63,689 nucleotides of DNA, filler included, from Circinaria calcarea (GCA_051942165.1; 18 parts of 18 records of this genome joined end to end with filler, not necessarily neighbours in it); one strand, 5' to 3'. Positions 1-13,339 are shown, counted from the first letter of the whole stretch. Made by a program: numbers and translations. The notes: generated by a model not told the origin, from the sequence alone.

Positions 1-1880
1 TCATTATCGGGCAAGGGATACGAAGTATAGCAATGGGCCTAGTAGTGAGGAGATCTGGCGGATGCGAGAAGTTAGACTGGAGGGGGCCTTTGAGGGTGAT
101 CTGGAAGCAGCGGAAGAAGAGGAGAAGAAGGAAAGAGTTGAAAATGAGAGATTGGCCTAGGAGGAGATTAGGACTGGAGTTACAAAATGTGTCGACATGG
201 ACCTTCAACTCCAAATGTGCGGCGATGGGCTAAGGACGAGTACTGGTCCATTGTAGATGGGGACAATAATGTCTCTTCTAGACGACTTCGGACTCGCCAC
301 CTCAAGCTCCCTTCGAGCTCGGCATATCGGTTAGGTCTAACCTGGGTCTCGAGGGAGACAGTCAATTCAACTGGGCTGGACCAAGCGGTTGCAGACCAAC
401 GCAACATATAGGGACTGTGTATCTGACATTTATGTATCTTGGCAAGAGTTGCTAGGACAATCCTCATTGTGGTTTCTACCTGCTTTGGACAATGATGAAG
501 TATTATAACAAGGCAGCCTCCCTACTACTTTAGTTGAAGCTAACAATAAAGCTGTAATATGCTGAAATAGTTATGATTTGATTCTTTTCTGGATCTGGTT
601 TGAATGGCGTGTAATATCTGATTCTTTTCACTCATAGAGTACCTCACGTTTTCTTTGCCTGTGACCTTATGAGGATCACCTATACTATCACCTACGGTTT
701 TCAATGCTGTCGTCCTGAGCTTCAAAAGGTAAACCAGCCTCTCCCCAATGCCCCATACATTTTTATTGATCTCACACGCAATGTACACGAGCAAGAGTAT
801 CTATCCAGATAAGAAACTGCTGCTTTTCTCTTCCCCGAACCTCTCCCTTCACCTAGCCTCCATCGACAGATAACAGCACGGCACCTCCTCGCGATCCATA
901 TGACCCTCAGCTTTAAGACCTCGAGGACAAGACCCAAACGTCCGAGTTTCTGGCCTTTTTGCAGGAAGTTCCGGCAAGATCTGGAGTAACGATCAAGGGG
1001 AAGGTATGGCAGGGATATGGAAGAAGTCCACTTCTAACGAATGTGTGGAAAGGGAGAGGGAAAGCCAGGCAGGTCAGAGCAGGGGTACTCTTCCAACGGG
1101 AAGTGGAAGGTGGCCAAAGCAGTGGATATTGGCAAGGAACTCGAGGTAGCCAAGGCAGTAGAGGTGGTCAACAAAAGACCAGAGCAGTGGAAGGAGTTAG
1201 TAGCAGCTGGGCAACAGGTGCCTTTGATCCAACTGGTTCATTCACCTGAATCCAGAGAGAGGCCCGAAGTCGACAGATAGGTTAGAGAGCATCGGGTGTG
1301 AAGGTTTAGCTGCAGAGAAAAACACATGAAGTTTCAACTACTCCAATCGCTCATTTCCCACTACCGCTCCCCCCTTCCCCTCGATTCCTTCCATTCCCAA
1401 CCCACTCCGCTGTCTACCATCTTGACCGTCTAATATCCGTCTTTTCGAGCTTGAATCCCTCCACCTTATTATGCACTCCCCCTCCCTAACTATTCCCTCC
1501 ACCCCTTATTTTTCCAAACCTGACCATCTAACCCCATTCCTGTTAAAGCTCTCCGGTTCTAATTCGAAGAAGATAAGAACTAAAGCCAACAAAAACTGAG
1601 TCGACGTGATGTGAGGGCACTAATATTTAAACGAACACCATCCAAAGACCACGTAGTTGTAAGGGAAATATGTGAGTTTGGACGACAACTTTTTCATTCA
1701 TGATCATGTCTAGCTATGGCTACAGGTCAGATCGTAAGTCATGAGATCGACTGGCTACGTCTATGTAGCTCGATTAACTCAACCGCTCCAGCGAGAACGC
1801 CAGCATGCAACGCAAATTCAAGCATCTAAACTGTGCTCCGTTGATGGAAACAAAGGAGATGATGAGCCAAAAGAAAATAC

Positions 1881-2569
1881 TCAATCAACCTCCTCCACTT
1901 GCGGACCATCATCATGCGTTGCACCACCCCCTGAAGCGCCGCCAGGAAATCCGCCTGGAGCACCACCGAAACCACCGCCTGGCATACCACCGCCCGGCAT
2001 ACCAGCGCCACCATCAGCACCACCATACATCTTGACCCTGAGAATAAATTAGTAAAAAACCAAAAGAGTAATAGATAGAATAAGCTTACATGATGGGGTT
2101 CGCGACGGACTCGAGCTCCTTCTGAGCAGCTTCGTACTCCTCTTTGGTAGCAGTTTGGTTGTTATCGAGCCATGAGACAGTCTTGTCAATCTCGGCCTTC
2201 AACTTCTCCTTGTCGGAGGCATCAAGCTTCTCTTCTACCTTGGAGTCTGAGATGGTGTTCTTGAGCGAGTATGCATACGACTCGAGAGCATTCTTGGCAG
2301 AGATACGACCAGTCTCGGCTTCATCCTCGGCCTTGTACTTCTCAGCATCAGCCAACATACGCTCAATATCCTCCTTTGATAAACGGCCCTTGTCGTTGGT
2401 GATGACAATCTTGTTAGCCTTTCCAGTACCCTTCTCAACGGCAGAGACGTTCAAAATACCGTTGGCGTCGAGGTCAAACGTGACCTCAATCTGGGGAACA
2501 CCACGAGGAGCAGGTGGAATACCGGTAAGCTCAAATCTACCTAGCAAGTTGTTATCCTTAGTGCGAGCA

Positions 2570-2601
<32 letters not shown>

Positions 2602-3463
2602 AGGCTGGTTATCCGAGAAGGTGGAAAACACCTCCGCCTTTTTGGTTGGGATGGTGGTGTTACGCTTGATGAGAGCCGTCATGACACCACCGGCAGTCTC
2701 AATACCCATAGACAATGGCGCAACGTCAAGAAGAAGAATCTCATTGGTCGACTTAGAGGAGGTGTCACCAGAGAGGATAGCAGCCTGGACAGCAGCACCA
2801 TATGCAACAGCCTCGTCAGGGTTGATAGATTTATTGGGTTCCTTGCCGTTAAAGAAGTCCGACACAAGCTTCTGAATTTTCGGAATACGGGTCGAACCAC
2901 CGACCAAGACAATCTCGTGAACGGAAGACTTGTCAATCTTCGCGTCGCGGAGAACACGCTCCACAGGCTCCATAGTGGAGCGGAAGAGATCCTGGCAAAG
3001 TTCCTCGAAACGAGCACGGGTGATTGAGGTATAGAAATCGATACCTTCGTACAAAGAGTCGATCTCAATAGAGGTCTGAGCAGAGGATGAGAGGGTACGC
3101 TTTGCACGCTCACAGGCCGTACGAAGACGACGTAGAGCACGGGCATTGCTTGAAAGATCTTTCTTGTGCTTACGCTTGAATTCGTTGACAAAGTGATTGA
3201 CCAAGCGGTTATCGAAATCCTCACCTCCCAAGTGAGTATCTCCAGCGGTAGACTTGACCTCAAAGATCCCCTCCTCGATGGTGAGAAGGGAGACATCGAA
3301 GGTACCACCACCCAAATCGAAGATGAGCACATTACGCTCACCTTCAACCTTCTTGTCAAGACCATATGCGATAGCTGCCGCGGTAGGTTCGTTGATGATA
3401 CGAAGAACGTTGAGACCTGCAATCAGGCCTGCATCTTTGGTTGCTTGACGTTGGGAGTCGTTG
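1881..3463 (-). CDS. SSA1: Cytosolic Hsp70 (SSA-type), 5'-truncated
   Basis: Hsp70 motifs [27 protein letters not shown] and [10 protein letters not shown]. Intron 2038-2089 (GTAAGC..TACTAAT..CAG) leads to a last exon with GGMP repeats ending GPQVEEVD*, the cytosolic EEVD motif. Confidence 0.97.
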
Positions 3464-3563
3464 NNNNNNNNNNNNNNNNNNNNNNNNNNNNNNNNNNNNN
3501 NNNNNNNTTAATTAATTAANNNNNNNNNNNNNNNNNNNNNNNNNNNNNNNNNNNNNNNNNNNN
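3464..3563. other. Artificial contig spacer (first of 17 identical ones)
   Basis: 44 N + TTAATTAATTAA (stop codons in all six frames) + 44 N. The same 100-bp spacer starts at 3464, 7016, 10568, 14118, 17667, 21215, 24763, 28310, 31852, 35394, 38936, 42476, 46015, 49553, 53089, 56624 and 60158. Contig lengths fall from 3463 to 3432 bp. Confidence 0.99.
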
Positions 3564-4139
3564 CAAGGCCGATTCTACATTTTTAGCTGCTTCATTCGAT
3601 GGGACTGTACGTGTTTGGGATAAACGAAGACCTGAAGCGATTGCCAAAATTGTACCCCGGAATGTTCCGCCTTGGTGTATGAATGCTTGCTGGTCTCCAG
3701 ATGGCAACTTTATCTATGCTGGGAGACGAAACAGTACAGTCGAGGAATTCAGTTTGCACAAAGGACTTCGAGGGGTGGAAAGAACATTTAAATTTCCCAA
3801 TGGTAGTGGAGCAGTCAGTGCTGTCCGAGCCATGCCGAATGGGCGACACTTGATTTGGTAAGGATTATTTGGCTGACCTTGGGCGCAAGACAAGGATGCT
3901 GATTAGTGACATGTAGTGCATCTTATGATATTTTACGACTTTATGATCTCCAGCAACAACAGACATTTAATCATTCTACGGTACCCTTTTTGATCGTTCC
4001 TGGCCATCGAACTGGTGTGGTGTCTCAACTCTACATTGATCCGACATGCAGATATATGATATCAACAGCCGGGAATAGGGGTTGGGATGGTAGTTCTACC
4101 GAAGTGTTGTTGGGATATGAGATAGGGATTGGGAATTAG
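3564..4139 (+). CDS. SPT8: SAGA subunit Spt8-like WD40 protein, C-terminal part
   Basis: FLAASFDGTVRVWDKR..VPPWCMNACWSPDGNFIYAGRRN, then an intron, then ASYDILRLYDL..PFLIVPGHRTGVVSQLYIDPTCRYMISTAGNRGW. This matches fungal Spt8 as recalled. Confidence 0.85.
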
Positions 4140-5619
4140 GTAAGGAAGGAAGAACTTTCTTGATTGGAAAACGGATGTCAATCTATTGACATCAGATCTG
4201 TGTGGGGATATGTTGCCATATGTTGCTATTTGCTTTTTCTGGATTCGTATGATACCCCACCGTCTGTGTTTGGCAATATTCTTTTGCTTGGCTGGCTAGA
4301 AATATTTTTAACACTACGGTAGCTTTTAGAAAAACATTTCTCAAATAGATTAATATTCACATATAGGTAGAGTTCCACTCGACTACAAGGTTCTTTGGAT
4401 TGCCATCCAAGCGAAAAGGACATTCTCGCTTCCCTGGCTGGATTTACCTACTACCATCGAAGGAGTTCTCCGAGCTAGAGATGGCCTGCACTTCCAATAC
4501 TATAAGTATCAAAGCGGTAGCAAGAAATCAGATTTGATCCTCTCCCAACTTAAATATATGAGGTAATTTTCTAGGGTTGTTAATAAGCGAGAATTTTTGT
4601 TTTCTTTTCTACCCCTTTTTCTTAGGGCTGAGATATATACTGCATTTTTATATACTATCCCAATCTCCAGCGGGTTTTTATGTCTGCTGTAATGCGTATT
4701 ACTTTACGCTGAGGTTTATGTCCTGCACTTTACCAGCCGCCTTTGCTCGGTGAATCCCCGCTAGCTCCACGGTATATTTTCCTTAGAGCGCTTCCTATAT
4801 ATTTTGTTGACATTGCTCTCTCTTCCTCCATCCACCTTGCAACACATTCAGCATCCACAAATACCCTCAACAACGCAGCTTCCTGTGGCTGCTCTATCAA
4901 CAGTTGAACAGCAGCTGGATATCAAGTAAGTAGATGCTCGATCCTTACCTTGCAACGCTCCTAGATCTCGAGGCTTCTTGGCGGGATCAACCGATCAGGT
5001 CTTGACCTGGTTGACCGCCAACCGTGGCTCAACGCGTCTGCCAGCGGTTTTTCATCAACACAACACAATCCATCTACCCCTCGTCTCTCCGTCAATCCTG
5101 CACGGCATCACCCGTTTTACCCCTCGTCCATCGACAACCCATTAACACACTCTGGCATCCTCGCTAGCTCCTCCATCATTCACTTTGGGGGCACTAGAGA
5201 TATTTGCACCTGACTAGGTTGATATCTTCTACTTGTACCTCATCCTTTTACCTTTAACTTCCTACATCATCCATCCATTCTATGCCTCCATCACCATCAC
5301 CATCCATCCATTCCGCAACCAGCAGCTTTGCATCCTCTCTTCTGCTCTTGGTGGGATCTTTATATCGAGGTTTCATAGCTATCATCTGGACTTGACTGGA
5401 TAGAAATCTAAACTGTTGGCTTTAGAGCCCATAACCCACCTGATCCAGGCAGAAGGCCACATCTTCCAAGGCAATCGCTTTCGAGCTTCGACCTCCCGTA
5501 CAACGAAAGCTTCAGCCATCAGAAGCTCATCTATTCAAGCTCCAGTCTCCTTCCATAACGGCGGCTGCATCCACAACAACGTCCACACCTCCAAATCGAC
5601 TCGTCAACAACCCGACAAG

Positions 5620-6690
5620 ATGCCTACGCTAGCCGGTATCGATGTTCGCGTGCTCACCGGCCAGGACCACTACAAATTCGAGGAGTACGGTGTTCGATAC
5701 ATTCGAGGAAAGACCCAAGTATCCGCCTACATCGAATCACAAACGGGATCCCGCTTCGTAGTCGGCATCAAACCCCACCACCCCTATCACACCTACGAGA
5801 AGAGTTCCGCCCGCACGTACAGCACCAAGCTCCCCGCGGCAGGACGGTTCGACTTCCTCGCCTCAATCTACATTGACGGTCGCGCCAAGCCAGAGATGCG
5901 CCGGGTGATATACCTGGACCCCAAGCATCCCAAGTTCGATAGCGGGCTGGTGTATTTGAACGGAAGGCTTGCTACCGATGTGAACGGCAACCCCATAAGG
6001 CAGCCGTGGGTGTTTGAAGATGCTTGGGGACTCGAGACGGTGTTTGGAAGGATGAAGGTAGAAGAACCTAGGCAGGGAGGTGCAGTTGCCCGAGGCAAAC
6101 CCGGACAGATCTATATTGTGCTGGAGAGGATCAATCCTGTGGGGGCTGTGACAGCGTACAAGCCGAACCCGCAAGATATTGAAGGGAAGGACTCGGGCGT
6201 GGATCGCGTTGATGAAGATGTCACGCACACAACAGGGTCCGTTAGCCCGCCTCTGCTTTCCCAATCCTCGTTTTGGTCTCCATATCTAACGCCGAGATCA
6301 AGGTTCGGAAACGCCAAGGCGGTCGACGCACCGATTACCGGCATCACATCCACCTACTACCAACACGGCGAGGCTCCCTATGCCGTCTTTGAGTTCTTCT
6401 ATCGAAGCGCCGGTAAAGTTATCCACATCACACACACACACACGTCAACGATATCACTTGAGCTAACCCATTCCCCCCTCCCCGTTATAGAAGTGTTGAC
6501 CAGATTCCCGTGGCACAACCTTGGTGCGCGGAGCGGACGGCCCCCGGTGGAGATGCCCCAGCTCTCGAGACTCTCACTGGGCTCGGCGTCAACGTCTAAT
6601 GCGGCCAGTGAGAAGCGTGGAAGGGAGGACGTCTCGAGGGAAGACGACAAGGAAGACAAGGAGAAGGATGGGAAACGCGCAAGGCAGTAG
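5620..6690 (+). CDS. Conserved fungal hypothetical protein (DUF7918-like)
   Basis: MPTLAGIDVRV..FEEY..VSAYIESQTGSRF..IYIDG..PYAVFEFFYRS. Probable introns at 6237-6302 and 6413-6490. Confidence 0.6.
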   Translation: MPTLAGIDVRVLTGQDHYKFEEYGVRYIRGKTQVSAYIESQTGSRFVVGIKPHHPYHTYEKSSARTYSTKLPAAGRFDFLASIYIDGRAKPEMRRVIYLDPKHPKFDSGLVYLNGRLATDVNGNPIRQPWVFEDAWGLETVFGRMKVEEPRQGGAVARGKPGQIYIVLERINPVGAVTAYKPNPQDIEGKDSGVDRVDEDVTHTTGSVSPPLLSQSSFWSPYLTPRSRFGNAKAVDAPITGITSTYYQHGEAPYAVFEFFYRSAGKVIHITHTHTSTISLELTHSPLPVIEVLTRFPWHNLGARSGRPPVEMPQLSRLSLGSASTSNAASEKRGREDVSREDDKEDKEKDGKRARQ

Positions 6691-7115
6691 AGCAGGCACG
6701 TGGAGGGACAACTGTTCCTGTCGGAGAAGGAAGGTCGAGAAGGAAAAAGCAAAGCGAGTCAGGGCATAGAATAGGCACAGATGCATTGATTTCCTCTCTC
6801 AGCATTCGCAGAAAGGAGAGCTTCGATTAATTGATACCCATGATACTGTGATACGGTGGTGTAGATTCCGGTCTAATATATCGTAGAGTAGAGGAATTAA
6901 ATCATGTCTCCTTTTCCTTCCCCCGTCCCACCTACCCGACACCCTCACACCCACAACTTTCCAACTTCCAAACCCTCAGCACTCTCAGCACTAGCAGCAC
7001 CAACTGCAGATATACNNNNNNNNNNNNNNNNNNNNNNNNNNNNNNNNNNNNNNNNNNNNTTAATTAATTAANNNNNNNNNNNNNNNNNNNNNNNNNNNNN
7101 NNNNNNNNNNNNNNN

Positions 7116-8220
7116 CGCTGTTATGTTTAGAAATCGCATTGTTGCTTTTCGTCTTACGTCCAAAGCGTAGCCATGAAGCCTTCTTCTGGAGAGAGTGGCC
7201 TGCTAACGAAGAAATTGCAGGATTTCTAGCTGGTAAAGACATGGAATCCATATTATGAAGACCTGAACCTAATTGGCGGCTTCTGAAAATGGGCTCCGAG
7301 GCCACAGTCACATCCTGTAAAGATCTGCTTTGCGGAGCCCGATTCGTGATCGGCGACGTTGGTGCAGCCCAGTCACCTGAATATTCTGTTCTACCGGCAC
7401 TCCTATCGTCCCATTCACGGTCTTCCTCTACTATGGGTCTAGCGCCCACGTCTGGTCTTGGCTTATTGTAGCCAACGTCACGACGATACTCCTTCACCCG
7501 TTGGTATGCTGGCGTATTCACAATGACAGCGTCCATGGCAAAGGACCTCGCGTCTATAGTTGAATTACTGTGGCTCACAATTGTCGGAGGGGCTTGCGAG
7601 TTGGATACACTTCCGCTCCTCGATGCGCGAAGAGTGGAGGTGTCGTCAACCACCTTTTGGATAATAACCCGATTCTTGGGTTGATGAAGCATATCTATCC
7701 GCTCTCGGGGTGATCGACTATAGAGAGGTCAGAATTCGGCTCTTAAAAGACCGGTTTGTATCGGTATAACCTAAACTGACCACTGAATTGCCGCAACGAG
7801 GAATTGAAGTGCTGTCACTTGGGAACGGAGCCTGCCTTGATGCTCTTTCATAGTGCCCTCGTTCCACACGTATCTGGTCCGTATCCTGAAGCCGATAATC
7901 TCCGCTGCTGCACTTCCAACTAGATGCGCTACTTCCTCCGCGAGAGCATCCATTGCTTCTTTACATCCATCAATTGCGACGTCCAATGCATCCACAAGTT
8001 CAACCTGGGTAGGTGAAATGACGAGGCCATTATCAGCCCAGTCGTAGATTAGACCGAGGGCTGACTTTATGGTGGATAGTTCTGTGATTAGGAGGCGAAT
8101 CGACTGGTCTGCTTCTGTGAATTTGGTACGGAGCTCAGATAGTCCCTTGACAGTACTCCCGATAGTGGTGACAATAGAAATGGATGCGCTGACCACACCT
8201 ATCACCGAGCACGGGTCCAT
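7116..8220 (-). CDS. Protein with fungal N-terminal helical (HeLo-like/STAND N-terminal) domain, 3'-truncated
   Basis: MDPCSVIGVVSASISIV..LITELSTIKSAL..RTRYVWNEGTMKEHQGRLRSQVTALQFL, an intron at about 7720-7782, then an open frame to the contig end. Confidence 0.7.
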
Positions 8221-9586
8221 CTTGACCTGAAGTGAGGAAGACTATCCAGCTTTGATACCATCGGGCCAGTATGGCACGTCTAGATGATAACAAGTAAGAA
8301 GCGGAGGATTCTCGAGAATCCGTCTTCACCATCCTAGCACACACTGGATCCTCTGACACAGCCTCCAAGCAGAAACCAAGGCTCGCCCGCAGCCAATGGA
8401 AAAGATTATATCGGCAGCCCCCAAACAAGCCGTCGACGCACATTCGGATAAATGGTCATCGATTACTGCAGACTCTGGGCGAGGCTGCGCCTCAAAAGGC
8501 GCAAGGCTCTCCATCATCCTTTGACTCGGATCCTAGGCAGATATGCCACTGTGTAAGAATCAAGTGATGGCGAAAGTCTGACAGTAGAAGAGGAAGCGCA
8601 ATGGTCGTAGCAACAGGAGCACCCTGAAAGTGCGTGCACGCACAGAATTGGGGTTTCAAAAATCCCAATAGCGCTACTCCGTACTCGTTCGGTATTTTCC
8701 CCCCATCATCGTATGCAATAGTTTCCTTCCCGCTTTGGGCAGCCAGGATTCAGGAGAATATCATACTTTCCTTCATATTCTCCTCGCCCTCCTTCGAATA
8801 TGTATACGCCGTTAAAACTCGGAAAATATACCAGAATCCTTAACCAACCAGAACGGGATAAAACCGTCGGATTACGGGGAACTTATATAGGAATTGTAAT
8901 GAAGTTATCTCGGCTGAATTATTGTAACTCTACACATCTTTATAGAAACGATGATGAAATTATAGGCGCGTGATAGCCTCCTACGAAGTACCTCCTAACT
9001 CCTACCTCCTACCTCCTACCGGCACCAGCACCGGGGCCAGGACCATCCGCCCCCCCCCTTTAATGTGCGATTAGCAGCGGGGGATGGGTGAGGCATGGGG
9101 ACGCGAGTGTTGCGGCGGTTACGGGGCGACAGGAAGACATAATGGCAGCAGTAGCGACAGCCGATAATTCCCACCACTCTGATATCTAAGAAAACCCAAC
9201 TGTACGAGCGAGCGAGCTGGGCTTTGGAAGAAATATTTGGAAGGTGACGGACGGTGTTTGGTCTCTACGTTACGGTTGAGGAAAAAAATTCCAGTCAGGG
9301 AAGGAGTTGGAATAAGTATACAACGCCATTAGTTGGGCGAGTAAAAGGAGCGGGGACTAGCTGTTTTAGGAGTAAATGAGTTTTTATTTGTGATACAGCT
9401 TGTTTTGTTTTGTTTTTTTTTTTGGATTAGGGGGAGGGGGCTCGAATATACATGAATGTTGTATTGACACTGCTGTACAATCTATCGATATAGAAAACGC
9501 AACCATTTTCACGGCAACGTGAGCAGATCTGAGTTGAGTACACCCCCGGGAACAAAATGGAAACGCCGGAAAGCAAGGCTCGACGC

Positions 9587-10567
9587 TTATGTAGCGGCCG
9601 TGAGTTTCCTTCTCTGCATCGAGATGGTGGCTTTGAGTGAAGGTATGACAGTCTCACCAAACCAGAGCGACGCGGGCTTTTCCTTGGTTGGCTTGATATC
9701 ATAGTGAAGCACCATGTACGCAAGCATCAGCTTCAGCTCCGCAGCCGCAAAAAATCGGCCTGGACACGAATGACGCCCGTAGCCGAATTGGAGAAATGTT
9801 TCGCTGGTGCTTACCAGGGAGAGATTCTTGTTCCTCAGCGATTCAGCCCTCCCATCTTTAGGACTTTTCGATTCCGGTTTGGCTCCGGCACTCCCGGCGA
9901 CCATGACGGTTGGCGAGTCCGCTTCCTCACGAACACGGGAAAATCGAAATGCATCGTAGTCGTTGGCATTCTCAAAGGTCTTTTCATCGTGAGAGGAGAA
10001 CCAGGAGGCTATCCCAACGTTGGCACCTTTGGGCAGGTGAACCCCATCGTCCGTCGTCACTCCGTCCTTTGCAACCACTTGGCGTGAGGGCCCGTAGGCA
10101 GAGATTCCAGAGAACCGCATACTCTCACGGATGGCACTGTCCGTCCGGACCATCCTAGCCAAGCCCGCCTTAGTCCATTGACCGCCTTCCTCCGCCAGCA
10201 CCCGGGTGACTTCCTCCCGGATCCCTTCCAAGTAGCCTCGTTCCGGAGGCGAATAGGCTAAATCAAGCAAGACGTTCGTCATCGTAAAAGACGTCGTATG
10301 GAGTGATACAAACCCGACCGCTATCAAGCGAGTCCAAATCATCCCGGGTGTTCTCTCGTGTGGATCTGACATCTTCTGAGCGGCACGGATATTCCATGTG
10401 ATGAAGTCGTTCGGCTCCTGATAAGCAGACTTTGGGTTCCCCTCCTTCTCCTCGGCTCTAGCCATACGTTCTCGGATCAGTGGTACAGCATGCTTGGCGG
10501 TTTTCCAATAGTGCCATCGGGTTGGGAAGGTGGCCACAGGCGCTATGATTGGTCGAATGAAGGCAGG
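9587..10567 (-). CDS. Cytochrome P450, C-terminal part (secondary-metabolism type)
   Basis: I-helix FVSLHTT, ExxR (IRESMR), FRFSR and heme motif FGYGRHSCPGRF. Confidence 0.95.
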   Translation of the reverse strand, partial: PAFIRPIIAPVATFPTRWHYWKTAKHAVPLIRERMARAEEKEGNPKSAYQEPNDFITWNIRAAQKMSDPHERTPGMIWTRLIAVGFVSLHTTSFTMTNVLLDLAYSPPERGYLEGIREEVTRVLAEEGGQWTKAGLARMVRTDSAIRESMRFSGISAYGPSRQVVAKDGVTTDDGVHLPKGANVGIASWFSSHDEKTFENANDYDAFRFSRVREEADSPTVMVAGSAGAKPESKSPKDGRAESLRNKNLSLVSTSETFLQFGYGRHSCPGRFFAAAELKLMLAYMVLHYDIKPTKEKPASLWFGETVIPSLKATISMQRRKLTAAT

Positions 10568-10667
10568 NNNNNNNNNNNNNNNNNNNNNNNNNNNNNNNNN
10601 NNNNNNNNNNNTTAATTAATTAANNNNNNNNNNNNNNNNNNNNNNNNNNNNNNNNNNNNNNNNNNNN

Positions 10668-12930
10668 CTTTGGGGGTCCACCCCCTCCGCCGCCGCCTCC
10701 GCCTCCGCCTTCAAACATTCCGCCATCTACTGCTGGCTTCTCTGGGGGGCCACCACCACCTCCACCACCTCCTCCCCCCATGCCCGGTACGCCTGGAACA
10801 CCTATGACACCTGGATCAATGGGTCCACCTCCACCGCCTCCACCACCTGGAGCTCCGCCAATGCCCGGTCATATGCATGGTGGTTTTCTAGCTCAAGCAC
10901 AATTTAATGCAGTGCCGGTCATTAGTATGCCGTTCATTCGGCCCAAGAAGAAACTAAAGGCATTACATTGGGAAAAAGTCGATATGCCACAAGTTACGGT
11001 CTGGGGGAGGCACGCTCCAACACATGAAGCCAAGGAAGAAAAGTATCTCGAACTCTCAAGAAAAGGGGTTCTTGAAGAAGTGGAGAAGCTCTTTCTGGCA
11101 AAGGAGATCAAAGTGCTTGGCGCAGGAAACGCTAAGAAACAGGACAAGAAACAAATCATATCTAGCGACTTGAGGCGGAATTTTCATATCTCCCTGGCCA
11201 AATTCTCTCAAATATCCATTGAAGAAGTTGTACGCATGATCATACACTGTGACAAGGATATACTGGACAACACTGTCGTGATGGACTTCCTTCAAAAAAA
11301 TGACATGTGCGTCGTACCAGACAACACTGCCAAGCTCATGGCACCATACAGCAAGGACTGGACTGGCCCTGATGCACTCAAGGCACCACGGGAGCAGGAC
11401 CCTACCGAACTTACGAGGGAAGACCAGATCTATCTGCAGACTGCTTTCGAACTGCGTCACTATTGGAAATCCAGGATGCGGGCTCTTTCCCTTACCAGGA
11501 CCTTTGAAGCCGAGTACGACGAGATATCCGATCGGCTCAAAGAGGTTGTTAGAGTATCTGACTCACTTCGGGATTCCGTGTCGTTGATGAACGTCCTTGG
11601 TCTGATATTGGATATTGGTAACTACATGAATGACTCAAACAAGCAAGCTACCGGATTCAAGCTCAGCTCGTTGGCTCGTCTTGGAATGGTCAAGGATGAC
11701 AAAAACGAATCGACTTTTGCAGACCTCATGGAAAGAATAGTTCGAAATCAATACACAGAATGGGAAGGCTTCGTTGATGACATTGGTGGCGTCGTTACTG
11801 CTCAGAAACTTAACGTCGAGCAGCTGAAGTTGGATGCTAAAAGGTACATTGACAATATCAAAAGTGTACAGACTTCCCTTGATTCGGGTAACCTAAGCGA
11901 CTCTAAGAGGTTCCATCCACAAGATCGGGTTAGTCAGGTCGTACAGCGTTCAATGAAGGAAGCAAGGAGGAAAGCCGAACAGATGCAATTATATCTCGAA
12001 GAGATGACCCGCTCTTACAACGACATTATGACCTTTTATGGTGAAGACAGTAGCGACGATAACGCCCGCAGAGAGTTCTTTGCCAAATTAGCGGTCTTCG
12101 TTACTGAGTGGAGAAAGTCGAAAGAAAAGAACATGGCCATGGAAGAGACTCGCCGCCGCACCGAGGCATCTTTGGCGCGTAAACGTGCCGCCAATAATGT
12201 TAATCCTGCTGCTGCGAACGCCGGTATCTCTTCTCCCGAAAGTCCTCTGTCCCCTGCCGGCACGGGCGCCATGGATTCTCTCCTCGAAAAACTCCGCGCT
12301 GCGGCACCTCAAGCTCGTGATCAGCGCGACCGTAGGCGAAGAGCAAGGTTGAAGGATAAACATCAGATTCGCGTTGCTAGCGGTCAAAGGATACCGGATA
12401 TGGCTGAACTCACCAAGAGAGATGATAGCGATGAGGGTGAAAGAGCATCTATGCGTCCCATGCCTCCTGTTGGTGAGGTATCGGAGCAAGATGCCGCTAC
12501 TACCGCGGTGATATCTGAAGGCGAAGACGTGGCTGACCGTGCAGCGAGCATGCTCCAAGGTCTCCGAGGCGATGGCGACGGTGATGTCGCAGAAGGGGTG
12601 AACCGGGACGGGAGTTTGCGAGTCAGGCGTCGGAGGGAGAGTGTAGACGACGAAAGGAAGAGCCGGCGGAGAAGAAGGGGAGTTGGGACAAGTAATAGCG
12701 GTAGCAGTCTGGCCGGCAGTTCCGAGACCGCTGCCATCCTGGTGGGCTCGAATGCGATACCTGAAGAGCCTGCTCGTGAGCAGGAGAGCAGCGCCAATGG
12801 GGAAGAGGCAAGCACTCAGCGAGGGTTCGGTGAAGATAAAGGGAAGGAGACGCTGTCCACGCCGACAACGATGATCAGTCCGCCTACTCCGGAAGGAAGC
12901 GAGAAGAGACCGGTGGAGATATTGGATTGA
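10668..12930 (+). CDS. sepA: Formin (FH1 poly-Pro, FH2, DAD), 5'-truncated
   Basis: Poly-proline FH1, KKKLKALHWEKV, LDIGNYMND..ATGFKLSSLARL, and the DAD motif GAMDSLLEKL. Confidence 0.95.
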
Positions 12931-13339
12931 TGGCAGCGAACGGCGGGGAAGGAGGAGGGGGTCTTCTTTCTTGCAATCAGCAACTGTTCCCGTTTTCTTG
13001 TATAACTGTGCATTTCTTGTAATTTTCGAAAGCTTCAATACCCCTGTACATGTTCTTTTCCCCTCCGTTTTCTTGTCTAACAGAATTCTTTGTTTACAGG
13101 ATTCCCACAAGTGGGGAAGCGGGAGATTTTTATTTTTCTGGCATAGCGTTGCGGTAAAGGGGGGGGGCCCTTTCAATTCTCCCAAGTCATAGCGAGCTCT
13201 ACAGTCGTGTTTTTTTGGGTTTTGTGTTTTGAGGATCAGATGCTAGGCGTGTGAATGGGGGGGGAATGGAGATTTAAATCTTCCATGGGGGAAATCATCT
13301 CTTCTATAATAGATGGATGTTTGGAATCGAATTGGATGT

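Noticed and set aside
1..1400. Possible degraded gene or retroelement downstream of Hsp70
   Set aside because: Only short ORFs with no recognisable motif. I cannot support a call.
2144..3519. Long ORFs antisense to or overlapping Hsp70
   Set aside because: Shadow ORFs are well known opposite hsp70 genes because of codon bias. The same explanation applies to the antisense ORFs over the formin, cyclin and CFEM genes.
3508..3519. Regularly recurring TTAATTAATTAA palindrome about every 3.55 kb
   Set aside because: Synthetic six-frame stop linker inside N padding, not biological.
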